A stretch of DNA of 64,000 nucleotides from Bdellovibrionales bacterium (GCA_965219095.1 CBDCMT010000001.1:1024001-1088000); one strand, 5' to 3'; positions 1 to 9,106 are shown, numbered from the stretch's first letter. Notes: generated from the letters alone by a model not told the origin. Program-made: numbers and translations.

Positions 1-1043
1 TCATATGTCAGGGTTTCTATCAAAAAAAGAGCGAAAAGATTTACTCTATGAACTATCTCTAGAGAAAAATATTAAATACGTAAAAAGGATTATGACAATT
101 CTCCATTTAGATAAAGGTGAGTTGTGTAAAGATATTTCCCGTTTTCTTTTCATTGATGAGGGCACGATAAGAGCCTGTAGAGATCGTTATAACAAAGGTG
201 GGATAGAGTGCTTAATCAACGACAATTACAACCCTAAAAGGTCCTTTTTAACTAAAAAAGAGGAGAAAATGCTTTTAAAGGAGTTAGAAAAAAGAATTTT
301 TCCGTCATCACAGTCTGTTATTCAGTTCATTGAGGAGAATTTTGGTGTTACGTACTCAACAAGTGGTGCGATTGATCTTCTCCATCGCCTTGGTTTTTCT
401 TATAAAAAAGCCACAGCGATACCGGGTAAGGCAAAGAGAGAAGAGCAGAAAAAGTTTGTGCGTAAATACAAGAGAATTAAAAAGAAAGACGGTCCTGTTT
501 ACTTTGCTGATTCCACACATCCTGAGTGGGGCCCTACGATTTCATATGGTTGGATAAGAGAGGGTAAGAAGTTTGAAGTGAAGACCAATTCAGGCTGGAG
601 AAAAAGAGTGAATGTTTGTGGAGCTATTGAGATCAATAGTTTGAAGACGGTAGTCAGGAGTTATAAGACAGTTAACCATGTTTCCATATGTGATATGCTC
701 CATCATATTCGCAAGAAGCATCCCGATGAAAAAGAGATTCATCTTATCTTAGATGGGGCCGGATACAATAGATCGAAGTCTGTCAAGAAGTTAGCGAAAG
801 AGTTGAATATAAAACTTGTTTATCTTCCTCCGTACTCACCGAATTTAAATCCTATAGAAAGACTTTGGAAGTTTATGAAAAAAGAGGTCACGGCGAATCG
901 ATATTATGAAAACTATGACGATTTCAAGGGAAGTTTAAGTCAATTTTTTAGAGGAATACGAAAACACAGATCTAAATTAGAAACTTTGATAACTGATAAC
1001 TTCTCTATCTTAGGAAACTGAAAACCTAAACGGAAGCACTATA
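1..1043 (+). mobile_element. IS630-family element (left end outside window)
   Basis: Contains an IS630 transposase. Right end ctgaaaacctaaacggaagcacta|TA at 1018-1043 recurs as a terminal repeat at 49656-49681. Confidence 0.85.
5..1021 (+). CDS. IS630-family transposase
   Basis: N-terminal HTH; DDE motifs YFADSTH, LILDGA, LPPYSPNLNPIERLW. Confidence 0.95.
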   Translation: MSGFLSKKERKDLLYELSLEKNIKYVKRIMTILHLDKGELCKDISRFLFIDEGTIRACRDRYNKGGIECLINDNYNPKRSFLTKKEEKMLLKELEKRIFPSSQSVIQFIEENFGVTYSTSGAIDLLHRLGFSYKKATAIPGKAKREEQKKFVRKYKRIKKKDGPVYFADSTHPEWGPTISYGWIREGKKFEVKTNSGWRKRVNVCGAIEINSLKTVVRSYKTVNHVSICDMLHHIRKKHPDEKEIHLILDGAGYNRSKSVKKLAKELNIKLVYLPPYSPNLNPIERLWKFMKKEVTANRYYENYDDFKGSLSQFFRGIRKHRSKLETLITDNFSILGN

Positions 1044-1694
1044 TTTATCGGTTAAAAATTTGAGCTCATATATCGAAAAATTATTAAAAGTAGTCTCTAA
1101 ATCATCCATATCATTTACATCAGATGGTGATAGCTTGTCTAAAGACTCCTTGTATTGCTTTATTAGAAATTTTTCTTGTGTGCCTGCTATTTTCTGTAAG
1201 TTAGAAATATACTCATTCATAATACTGATTAGATTATCTTCGTTTAATTCACTCTCTTGTTTTGCATGAAAATAATTATTTCTTCTTTTAATAATTTTAG
1301 TAGAAGATTTTTCTAAAGAGTTGTCCTTTTCTGCAATGGTTCGAAATAGGCGAAAAACTGTCTTTTCATTAACTATAGAAAAGCTCGAAGGATGGATCTT
1401 CTCATCGCCTCCTACATACAGATCATTTTCTTCTCTAGAAAACCCACTTAAAGCAATAGAACGCTCCCTCTTCAGGGTATGATCATTTAATATACGGCTT
1501 AATTGATGATAAACTAAGGTCATGTAGAAAAGGTGGAGATAATAGAAAGCCCCCGTATAAATTTCAGATTCTATACATTTTGAAAAGCTTTTTAAATTAT
1601 ATTTTAAATATGTATTAGTTTTGCTATCAGATCTTATAGGAGTAAATTCGCATATTTGTGTTATTAAATTTTCCAAAACTACTTTGAATTCCAA
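1026..1694 (-). CDS. Hypothetical protein with HEPN-like RNxxxH motif; C-terminus runs into the IS630 end
   Basis: Helical 222-aa protein containing KRRNNYFH. Start overlaps the hsdMS stop; stop codon lies inside the IS630 terminal repeat. Confidence 0.55.
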   Translation of the reverse strand: MEFKVVLENLITQICEFTPIRSDSKTNTYLKYNLKSFSKCIESEIYTGAFYYLHLFYMTLVYHQLSRILNDHTLKRERSIALSGFSREENDLYVGGDEKIHPSSFSIVNEKTVFRLFRTIAEKDNSLEKSSTKIIKRRNNYFHAKQESELNEDNLISIMNEYISNLQKIAGTQEKFLIKQYKESLDKLSPSDVNDMDDLETTFNNFSIYELKFLTDKYSASV

Positions 1695-4162
1695 ACTTCT
1701 TCTATTTTTTTCTTAATTTTATTTTCGTTTATTTCGATTAGTTTTTTACAAGAACTGACACAGTCTTGCTCTTTTTCAATTTCAGCGACAATTTCTTTTT
1801 GAACTGAGAGAGGAGGGAGGGGGATTTGGATTTTTTCTAAATTACCTTTTGTTATATGGACTAAGCCCACTCCTCCATGTAAATTTTTTTCAACTTCAGA
1901 AACAACTTTTTTTAAGGATAAGTGTAAAAATTTTCTTATATACTTTGAAGAATGTTCAACCTTAAAAATATGTTGGTTCAATATCCCCATACCTTTATCC
2001 CATATATGAGAACCAAAGGAAGTTCCTTTTGAGCCAGACCATGAAAACAAAAGATCTCCTTTGTTGACTAGATACGTATCGTCAATTTTCTTAGAATAAT
2101 AATTGAAACTTGCATTAGGATTATTTAAATTCTGAATCCTTATTATAGGGATTCCAGATTCACTTTCTTTTTCCCAATCTGATGGCTTGAATGCCTTTCC
2201 ATTTATAAAATTACAAACATCCCCCAACTTCACCATAGGCCATTTGGGATCAATTTTAAAAGTCGGTTTCCAGTTTTCAACAACCTGTTTTGCACCATCA
2301 ATAATTTTTTGATAGCCGTCAATTTCAGCGACAATTTCTTTTTGGATTGAGAGAGGAGGGAGGGGGATTTGGAATGGGGATAGGTTTTGTCTAGTAATCT
2401 GAGGTTGTGCTGAACCTGAAATTATTTTAGATAAATCAGCTTCTATCAAGAGGTTAAATATAAATTTTTTATTTAACTCCTTTTCTTTTATTGGTTTTAT
2501 AACCATAGCATTACCAGTAATCCAAGATTGCTTTTCAGAAATATTGATATTTCCACAAGTTGCACCCCTACAAGTAACCAAAACCTCACTTTCTTCGTGA
2601 TTATATTTATCATATTTGCCAATAGGACCATTAGCACCAAAGACGACATATTTTCCAGACGAACTCATTTCTTTTTGCGAGATTGTTTTTGGTTGATAAA
2701 TCTCACACACATCCCCCAGCTTCACCATAGGCCATTTGGTAACAACCTTTTTCTGTGGTCTATAGAGATTCCCACTTAAATTCCAACTTCCTTCATCAAT
2801 AATCTTTTTCTTCTTACACCAAAAAGAAACCTCACTCTTTTCTTTGTTCTCCTTAGACCAAGATTTTAAAACTCGAAAAGCTTCTGGCAAATCATTTTCA
2901 TCAATCTTTCTTCGAGTAGCTCCAAGTTCAAAGCCATCATTTTGTACGTTCACAAATAAAATCTCATCGGACTTTTTAGCTCTTTTTCTATCTAAAAACA
3001 AAATAGAAGTTTTAACACCACTATAAGGCTCAAACACTTTAGCTGGAAGACTCACTACAGCCCAAAGGAAACTCCTTTCTACAAGCATTTTTCTTAAAGC
3101 CTTGTAAGCTTTGTCTGATTTAAAGATAATTCCCTCCGGCACAATAATACCTGCTCTTCCATTTAGCTTTAAGTGCTCTGCTATGTAATCTACAAATAAA
3201 ACTTCTGAGCGATTGGCTCGTACTGAAAACCTATTATGTGGCCTAATACCTCCTTTAGGCGTCATAAAGGGAGGGTTAGCTAATACGACATCAAAATCAT
3301 TTCCCCAACGATTATCACTTGTTAAGGTGTCGTATTCAAAAATTTTAGGCTCTTTAAACTTATGAAGGTACATATTAACTAATGCAAGCTTTACCATATC
3401 AGGAGATATATCATAACCTTCAAAGTTTTTCTGTAACTGTTTTCGCTCACTCAGCTTTAGCTTTTTACCTTCGTATCTGCCATTACTTTGAATTTGAATA
3501 GATAAACCGTCGTTTTCACTTCTTTCAAAACTGTGTTCAGGTTTTTTTGGATCATAATTCCTAGAGTTATTTTTAACAATATGTTTATAAGATGAAATTA
3601 AAAACCCTCCTGTCCCACAAGCTGGATCAAGCACTGATTCATTTTTCTTAGGATCTAAAACCTCCACAATAAAGTCGATAATATGTCTTGGCGTCCTAAA
3701 CTGCCCTGCATCTCCTTGGCTTCCTAAAATAGAAAGTAAATACTCAAAAGCATTGCCTAAATTTTCACTGTCATCATAGCTAAACCAGTCAATTTCTTTT
3801 AGGAATAAGCTTAAAGTTTCTGCATCTCTATAGGGGAGAAAAGCATTTTTAAAAACGTCTTTAAAAAGAGAGGGCAGTGTTTTATGTGTAGGGATTTGGT
3901 TAATAGCTTGAATGTAAAGATCAAGTCGTTCTTGGCCTGATAGCTTTTTTTCAATAATTTTAGGCCAACTGTATTTTTTAAACTCCCCTATAAAATAGGA
4001 AGCGTTTCCTCCATTCTCTCTAGACTCTTGATCTATGTCGTCCATAAATTTGTAAATTAAAGCTGTGGTAATTTGATCCACTTGAGCTTTGGGGTCGGGG
4101 ACTTTACCTACAAGGATGTTTCTCGCAGAGTCTATTCTTCTTTTTGTTTCTTGATCTAACAT
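1679..4162 (-). CDS. Type I restriction-modification fused N6-adenine methyltransferase + specificity subunit (HsdM-HsdS)
   Basis: GQFRTPRHI, DPACGTGGF and LANPPF motifs, followed by two TRD units each bounded by KWPMVKLGDVC ... IPLPPLS(I/V)QKEIVAEI. Confidence 0.93.
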   Translation of the reverse strand: MLDQETKRRIDSARNILVGKVPDPKAQVDQITTALIYKFMDDIDQESRENGGNASYFIGEFKKYSWPKIIEKKLSGQERLDLYIQAINQIPTHKTLPSLFKDVFKNAFLPYRDAETLSLFLKEIDWFSYDDSENLGNAFEYLLSILGSQGDAGQFRTPRHIIDFIVEVLDPKKNESVLDPACGTGGFLISSYKHIVKNNSRNYDPKKPEHSFERSENDGLSIQIQSNGRYEGKKLKLSERKQLQKNFEGYDISPDMVKLALVNMYLHKFKEPKIFEYDTLTSDNRWGNDFDVVLANPPFMTPKGGIRPHNRFSVRANRSEVLFVDYIAEHLKLNGRAGIIVPEGIIFKSDKAYKALRKMLVERSFLWAVVSLPAKVFEPYSGVKTSILFLDRKRAKKSDEILFVNVQNDGFELGATRRKIDENDLPEAFRVLKSWSKENKEKSEVSFWCKKKKIIDEGSWNLSGNLYRPQKKVVTKWPMVKLGDVCEIYQPKTISQKEMSSSGKYVVFGANGPIGKYDKYNHEESEVLVTCRGATCGNINISEKQSWITGNAMVIKPIKEKELNKKFIFNLLIEADLSKIISGSAQPQITRQNLSPFQIPLPPLSIQKEIVAEIDGYQKIIDGAKQVVENWKPTFKIDPKWPMVKLGDVCNFINGKAFKPSDWEKESESGIPIIRIQNLNNPNASFNYYSKKIDDTYLVNKGDLLFSWSGSKGTSFGSHIWDKGMGILNQHIFKVEHSSKYIRKFLHLSLKKVVSEVEKNLHGGVGLVHITKGNLEKIQIPLPPLSVQKEIVAEIEKEQDCVSSCKKLIEINENKIKKKIEEVWNSK
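1776..2373. repeat. 55-bp direct repeat pair (1776-1830 / 2319-2373) in HsdS conserved regions
   Basis: 53/55 identical by manual alignment. Confidence 0.9.
2217..2739. repeat. 31-bp direct repeat pair (2217-2247 / 2709-2739) in HsdS conserved regions
   Basis: 30/31 identical; encodes KWPMVKLGDV twice. Confidence 0.9.
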
Positions 4163-4171
4163 AATTAAAAT

Positions 4172-6697
4172 TTAATCCATATAAGTATTTAATGTCACAT
4201 AGTTTTTTACATACTCTGGGACTTTAGTCTGCCACTTAGTGTTGCCATTTAATGCCTTGAAATCCGTCATGCTAAAACCTGTGTAGTTGTGGAGATCCCC
4301 ATATTTCTTACTATCAATGATTTTCCTAAATTCACTATCTACAATATAAACACTCAAATAATTCTTAATAGGGAGAACGTGCTGATTTTCTGGCTTATAA
4401 ATAGAGACAAATTTCTCACACTCATCTTCTAAAAGTTCTTCTCTAGTTGGAAAACGATCAATAAAGCCAAAAGTTCGCTCTAAAACCTCTTTCCATGAAA
4501 GCCTTCTATCTAGATTTTCAGATATTCTTATCTTCTCTAAATTCAAATAAAGCTCTGGTTTATCCTCGTATTCATATCTTACAATATTTTCTGCCACTTG
4601 CCAATTCTCCTCTTCAACAGCCTTTTTGATTCGATTATCATTATAAAAAACCTCTTTAGCCTTACCCCATAATTCTCTATCAACTTTCATGCCAGCCTCA
4701 CCTACCTGTATTTCAGAGATAGTGCTTATTTTGTCCGGAACATGGATTTCAATCTCATCTATAGTTATGGGAGGACTTTCTTCTCCACTCCCGGCTTCTG
4801 CAGTTAATTGAGGTAGCTTTAAAGCTTCATCATAATTAAATTTTTCTTCAAAATACTCACAATTGGCAAAAAAATCAAAGAGTTTAAATTTTTCCTTTTC
4901 TATTTGGTGTTTTTTCTTGTTCTTGTCCTCATATTTAAATACAAACTTTCTCGTTCCTCGTCCTTTCATTTGCACAAAGTTAGTTGGAGAAAAAATTGGT
5001 CTCATTAAGCAGAGGTTTAAAATGTCTTGGCAGTCATAACCTGTTGTCATCATGCCTACTGTGACACAGACTCTTGTTTTACTGGTTTTATAGCCCTCTA
5101 AAAATTCTGTATAACCACTAAGTTTGTTGTTGGCAAAAAGAATAGTGTTTTGTTGAGAGTTTTCTGTATCAGAAGTGACTTGTCTAGCAAAATCTGAGTT
5201 GTATTTATCAGGCCACATCTTTTGAGCCATTTGATTTAAGATATGAGTGATTTTAGAAGCATGTTTTTGACTTACACAAAAAATGATAGATTTGCCAATT
5301 TCACCACTTATAGGATCTTTCAAGGCCTCTTCAAGGAAACTTTTACAAAAGACAATATTCGTTTTCTCGGAAAAGAACTTTTTCTCAAAATCCTTATTAA
5401 AAAAGGCTTGTTCTTCTTCACCCTCAGTATTTTCTATTTTAATGCTATATCCTTTTTCTGATAAAAGCTTTGTAGTAATTTCAGTTCTTGCATCGACAAC
5501 TATGGGGTTGATAAGATAGCCTTCGTTAACTCCGTCAACAGGACTATATTTAAAAGTAGGCTCACTGTTTTCACAGCCAAAGGTTGTATAGGTATCAAGC
5601 AAGAGTCTTCTCTCCCATTTTCTTTGGTCTTTTTCTGAAAGCTCCAGTTTATCTACATTTTTTAAATAGTCACGAGGAGTAGCGGTTAACCCCAACTTGT
5701 ATCCAATAAAGTACTCAAAGACAGAGCGACTGTTTCCGCTCATAGAGCGGTGAGCTTCATCTGAGATCAAAAGATCAAAGTCTGTTGGGGAAAAATGTTT
5801 CTTGTACTTATCCCCAGTTAAGAGGCTTTGAATTGTTGAAACAACAATTTCTGTTTTATTCCAATCGTCTTTATTTTGTTTATAGATTACACATTGGTAA
5901 TCTTTTTTTAAGTAATCTTGAAAATTTTTATAGGCTTGATCTTCAAGTTCTAGCCTATCTACTAAGAAAAGTACTCTTTTAGCATTTCCTGTTCTCAAAA
6001 AAAGTTTAATAATGGCAGCAGAAAGTAGAGTTTTACCTGTTCCTGTTGCCATTTCAAAAAGAAACCTTTGATTTCCTTTTTTTATTGACTCTTGAAGAGC
6101 TTTAACAGCATTTAACTGGTAGGGGCGTAAAATACGAACATTGCCCATTTCACAAATTTCTTTTCTGTATTGTGGATTACTCCAATTTGAATCCGCTAAA
6201 AGCTCAGGTTTCTGAGAAACAGCAATATAATCTTCCTCAACAGTTTCATTATGTAACAACTTAGGATTTGGCTGAAAATTCATTCTGTAAGTTAAAGACT
6301 CTTGGCTTGGAAGTTCTCTTATGATCTCAGGATTTCCTGTTTCTAAATCCCAAAAGTAATGAAGATTTCCATTTGATAAAATAACAAAACGAACGTTGAG
6401 ACCATGAGCATATTTTCTAGCCTGTTCTTTTCCGTCCAATGGATTTTTTTCTTCCTTTTTAGCCTCTAAAACCACAAGGGGAAAATTATTTTCATCGAGA
6501 AGTAAATAATCCACAAAACCATATTTTGTTTTTTCAAAGTCGTTTCCATGAGAAGCAATTTCACTTTGTGTGATTTTAACATTGGGTTCAAGCCTGATAT
6601 TAGCTTTACCATTGTTGTCGTCAGAAAATCGCCACCCTGCTTTTTCAAGGAGTTTGTTAATTTTTATGCGAGATTGGGCTTCTTTTTTGTTGGGCAT
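4172..6697 (-). CDS. hsdR: Type I restriction endonuclease R subunit (EcoEI/EcoAI-like)
   Basis: PD-(D/E)xK VDYLL..VLEAKK, Walker A MATGTGKT, DEAH, GLTATP, QMKGRGTR. Start set to ATG 6697 (MPNKK), just after the TIR stop. Confidence 0.92.
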   Translation of the reverse strand: MPNKKEAQSRIKINKLLEKAGWRFSDDNNGKANIRLEPNVKITQSEIASHGNDFEKTKYGFVDYLLLDENNFPLVVLEAKKEEKNPLDGKEQARKYAHGLNVRFVILSNGNLHYFWDLETGNPEIIRELPSQESLTYRMNFQPNPKLLHNETVEEDYIAVSQKPELLADSNWSNPQYRKEICEMGNVRILRPYQLNAVKALQESIKKGNQRFLFEMATGTGKTLLSAAIIKLFLRTGNAKRVLFLVDRLELEDQAYKNFQDYLKKDYQCVIYKQNKDDWNKTEIVVSTIQSLLTGDKYKKHFSPTDFDLLISDEAHRSMSGNSRSVFEYFIGYKLGLTATPRDYLKNVDKLELSEKDQRKWERRLLLDTYTTFGCENSEPTFKYSPVDGVNEGYLINPIVVDARTEITTKLLSEKGYSIKIENTEGEEEQAFFNKDFEKKFFSEKTNIVFCKSFLEEALKDPISGEIGKSIIFCVSQKHASKITHILNQMAQKMWPDKYNSDFARQVTSDTENSQQNTILFANNKLSGYTEFLEGYKTSKTRVCVTVGMMTTGYDCQDILNLCLMRPIFSPTNFVQMKGRGTRKFVFKYEDKNKKKHQIEKEKFKLFDFFANCEYFEEKFNYDEALKLPQLTAEAGSGEESPPITIDEIEIHVPDKISTISEIQVGEAGMKVDRELWGKAKEVFYNDNRIKKAVEEENWQVAENIVRYEYEDKPELYLNLEKIRISENLDRRLSWKEVLERTFGFIDRFPTREELLEDECEKFVSIYKPENQHVLPIKNYLSVYIVDSEFRKIIDSKKYGDLHNYTGFSMTDFKALNGNTKWQTKVPEYVKNYVTLNTYMD

Positions 6698-6699
6698 TT

Positions 6700-7194
6700 T
6701 TACCTTCCAGCTTGTTGAGCCGCTTTTTCGATCCAATCCCCTAAGCTTTGATGACCACTGTCAGTTATCCAGTTATAATAAGAACAACAAGGATATTCCA
6801 GAGTTCCACCATTATTGCTCTTGAAATTCATTGGTGGCTTGCTAAAAGGGTCTTCCCCCTTAGTTGATATATTACCATTTTGATCTTTTACATTATGAAT
6901 GTAAACCCCAAGTAAACCATTTTTTCTATCAAGACTCTTTCTTATTTCATAATTAACATATTGACTCTCAGAAGTACTGGAGCCAATTAAAACACAAGTA
7001 ACAGAAGTTCCTTTCAACTGCTCATCTATCCACTTTTCAATTGCTTCTTCTGTTCCTTTTTTAACCTTCTCAATATCAGAAGAGTCTATAAAGCCTGCGT
7101 TTTCATAGCTTCCTTTAGTAAGCCAGCTATGTCTAACTTGATTTATTCGCCAAACATCATCCCAATCAAAACTAAAAAATACTTTTCTTGCCAT
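6700..7194 (-). CDS. TIR-domain protein (MTH538/DUF1863, ThsB-like)
   Basis: MARKVFFSF.W.DVWR..QVR, SVTCVLIG, YVNYEI (catalytic Glu position), GLLGVYIH. Confidence 0.9.
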   Translation of the reverse strand: MARKVFFSFDWDDVWRINQVRHSWLTKGSYENAGFIDSSDIEKVKKGTEEAIEKWIDEQLKGTSVTCVLIGSSTSESQYVNYEIRKSLDRKNGLLGVYIHNVKDQNGNISTKGEDPFSKPPMNFKSNNGGTLEYPCCSYYNWITDSGHQSLGDWIEKAAQQAGR

Positions 7195-7212
7195 TTGTCA
7201 TACTCCTTTTAT

Positions 7213-7635
7213 TTAATAATTTGATTGCATTGTTATGAAGAAAACTAAAAATACAAATAATAACTGACCTATATAGAAAATGTTTAAAGTTAATGAAAAC
7301 ACAGATAAAATCCAATTACATTTTGATTTTTCAAAGTGTTTCGCCACATTCATTTCAAATTCAGTATCTTTTTGCACTCTCACATCATTATAAACTTTTC
7401 GAAATAATCGCTCCTGCCATAAAAAATACCCGTCTAAAATCCAAAAAAATATAACAGGAACAGAAAAAGATAAAATAATATATGGATTTTCCACATCAAA
7501 TCTTGCTATTAAAACAATAGAAGCAACAACCAAGGTCATACTCCAACCTTTTAAAAGAAAAGAGTTATGAGCTATTCGATTGACTACCTTTTGTATCATC
7601 TCTAAATGTCGAACTACCTTTTCTTCTGAATCCAT
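7213..7635 (-). CDS. Small ~3-TM membrane protein (HLEMIQ..NSFLLKGW family), candidate effector
   Basis: Three hydrophobic segments; motifs HLEMIQKVVNRIAHNSFLLKGW and FWILDGYFLWQERLFR; ends 18 bp before the TIR gene. Confidence 0.75.
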   Translation of the reverse strand: MDSEEKVVRHLEMIQKVVNRIAHNSFLLKGWSMTLVVASIVLIARFDVENPYIILSFSVPVIFFWILDGYFLWQERLFRKVYNDVRVQKDTEFEMNVAKHFEKSKCNWILSVFSLTLNIFYIGQLLFVFLVFFITMQSNY

Positions 7636-7785
7636 AAATAACCCTAACCTCTTTCTTTATACTTAAAATTCTAATAAAAAAGTAGTTCTAATCATTAGAC
7701 ACTCAACATCATTTTGTTGAGACTTTTCTCTAGAAACTGGGAGCCCTCTCATTTTGTAGGAGCATAACATAATTAAAGCATTTTT

Positions 7786-7858
7786 GCCTCCTCAAAAGAA
7801 TCTGTGGATTTCCGGAGGTTCTGGCAGTTTTCCAAGGTTATGATATAAGGCAATTTTT
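7786..7858 (-). mobile_element. Isolated ISL3 right-end remnant
   Basis: Near-identical to 18122-18195 (gcctcctcaaaagaatctgtgg...). Confidence 0.85.
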
Positions 7859-7922
7859 AGGAATGGTATTACTCATCCTCTCTCTCATCAAGCTCTTTTT
7901 TAGTCTCCCTTTTTTTGTGCTG

Positions 7923-8561
7923 TCAGTTATTTTGGTTCTCAAAATGTTCAAAGGTTTTACGGCTAAACTTTCCAAAAGTAATGATTTCTGTTCGTGGTAT
8001 AATGACTTCCATATCAATCAAATCAAAGTGGTTTTCATATTTAGGATAATAAGTGTTCCAGACTACCTCCTTTGTTTCTTTTTTTCTGTATCCACTCTTA
8101 AACGGTACTATAGAAATTGTTTGAGACTCATGTCTTGATTTTGGATTTTCTGGATATTTCCATAAAAGACCTTGATAGGTCTTTCCGTTTTTAAGAGTCA
8201 TTAAAACTTCTTTTTTGTCCCATTCAATACATTTTTTATAAAAGTTATCTTGTACTGGTAGAAATATCCACTTAGCAATGAATTCAATTTGAGCTAATAA
8301 TAGTAAAGCAGGCGTAAAAATTAATGATGCAATTAATAATATAAATAATTTCTTTTTTAGCCCCTCAAGACTACATGTTTCCATAATTAATTCAGCAGGA
8401 AGCCAAGTTAAAGCTGCTATCAAAACAAGGGTAAAAATATAAGGCCAGCCTGAAAGATTAACAGCTGTTGCTGCTAATCTTTTAGCAGGCCTATGTTTAT
8501 TATAAAAATGAATGAAAACTATTCCGGGAATAGCCCAAAGAATATTATGAAAGTCTAGCAT
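7923..8561 (-). CDS. Membrane protein with C-terminal soluble beta domain (DUF6338-like)
   Basis: Three N-terminal TM helices followed by VLMTLKNGKTYQG and EVIIPRTEI. Confidence 0.55.
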   Translation of the reverse strand: MLDFHNILWAIPGIVFIHFYNKHRPAKRLAATAVNLSGWPYIFTLVLIAALTWLPAELIMETCSLEGLKKKLFILLIASLIFTPALLLLAQIEFIAKWIFLPVQDNFYKKCIEWDKKEVLMTLKNGKTYQGLLWKYPENPKSRHESQTISIVPFKSGYRKKETKEVVWNTYYPKYENHFDLIDMEVIIPRTEIITFGKFSRKTFEHFENQNN

Positions 8562-8567
8562 CTGGTT

Positions 8568-8774
8568 TTATGAGCTTTGTTTTTTTGCAACTGATTTGTT
8601 ATGAGCTCTAATTGCTCGTTGTACTTCGGGATCATTCCAGAGCTCTTCTGCTGTTGGCCAAGGTTCTGCTGCTGTTCCTTTTTTACGGAAAAGCCAGTTT
8701 CCATAACCTAATTTTTGTTTTTTCTCTTTTGTTTTTTGTGTTGGTTTCACCCTATCTTTAATCCTTTTGGCCAT
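8568..8774 (-). CDS. Small basic hypothetical protein
   Basis: GAGG SD before ATG 8774; ends 6 bp before the next gene. Confidence 0.55.
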   Translation of the reverse strand: MAKRIKDRVKPTQKTKEKKQKLGYGNWLFRKKGTAAEPWPTAEELWNDPEVQRAIRAHNKSVAKKQSS

Positions 8775-8926
8775 AAATAAAAACCTCATTACCTAATTCT
8801 CATTTTACAGTCAAAAAAAGCAAAGAGCAAGTTAAAAAATCACGGAAATTTCTTGGTGTATTATAAAGGTGCCAAAAAAGAATACGTTGTCTTGTGACGT
8901 GGGCTTGGAGCTATCAACCATTTGAT

Positions 8927-9035
8927 GAGGATGTCCGTAATCCCGTTAGACTTTCCAGAAAGGGCATTTTTTGTACCCTGAGTTTAGCTCAGGGGAGTCC
9001 TTTTTTCCAATCCTAACGATTTTACGGACAATCTT
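8927..9035. repeat. ~109-bp nested inverted-repeat element (MITE-like or structured RNA/ssDNA)
   Basis: tgtccgtaa/ttacggaca, cgttag/ctaacg, aaagggc/gtccttt (one G-T) and ccctgag/ctcaggg pair concentrically. Confidence 0.7.
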
Positions 9036-9106
9036 GTCCTGGAAAAAGTGGAGTCAACATACAAGCCGTTATAAAAAACTATGTTAAGTACTAAGGAAGC
9101 CAGGGT

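Noticed and set aside
6698..6736. N-terminal extension of HsdR in the ORF track
   Set aside because: Overlaps the TIR gene; ATG 6697 right after the TIR stop is more plausible.
8927..9035. 6S RNA or retron msr-msd call for the fold-back element
   Set aside because: Too short for 6S and no recognisable conserved motifs; no reverse transcriptase in the window.
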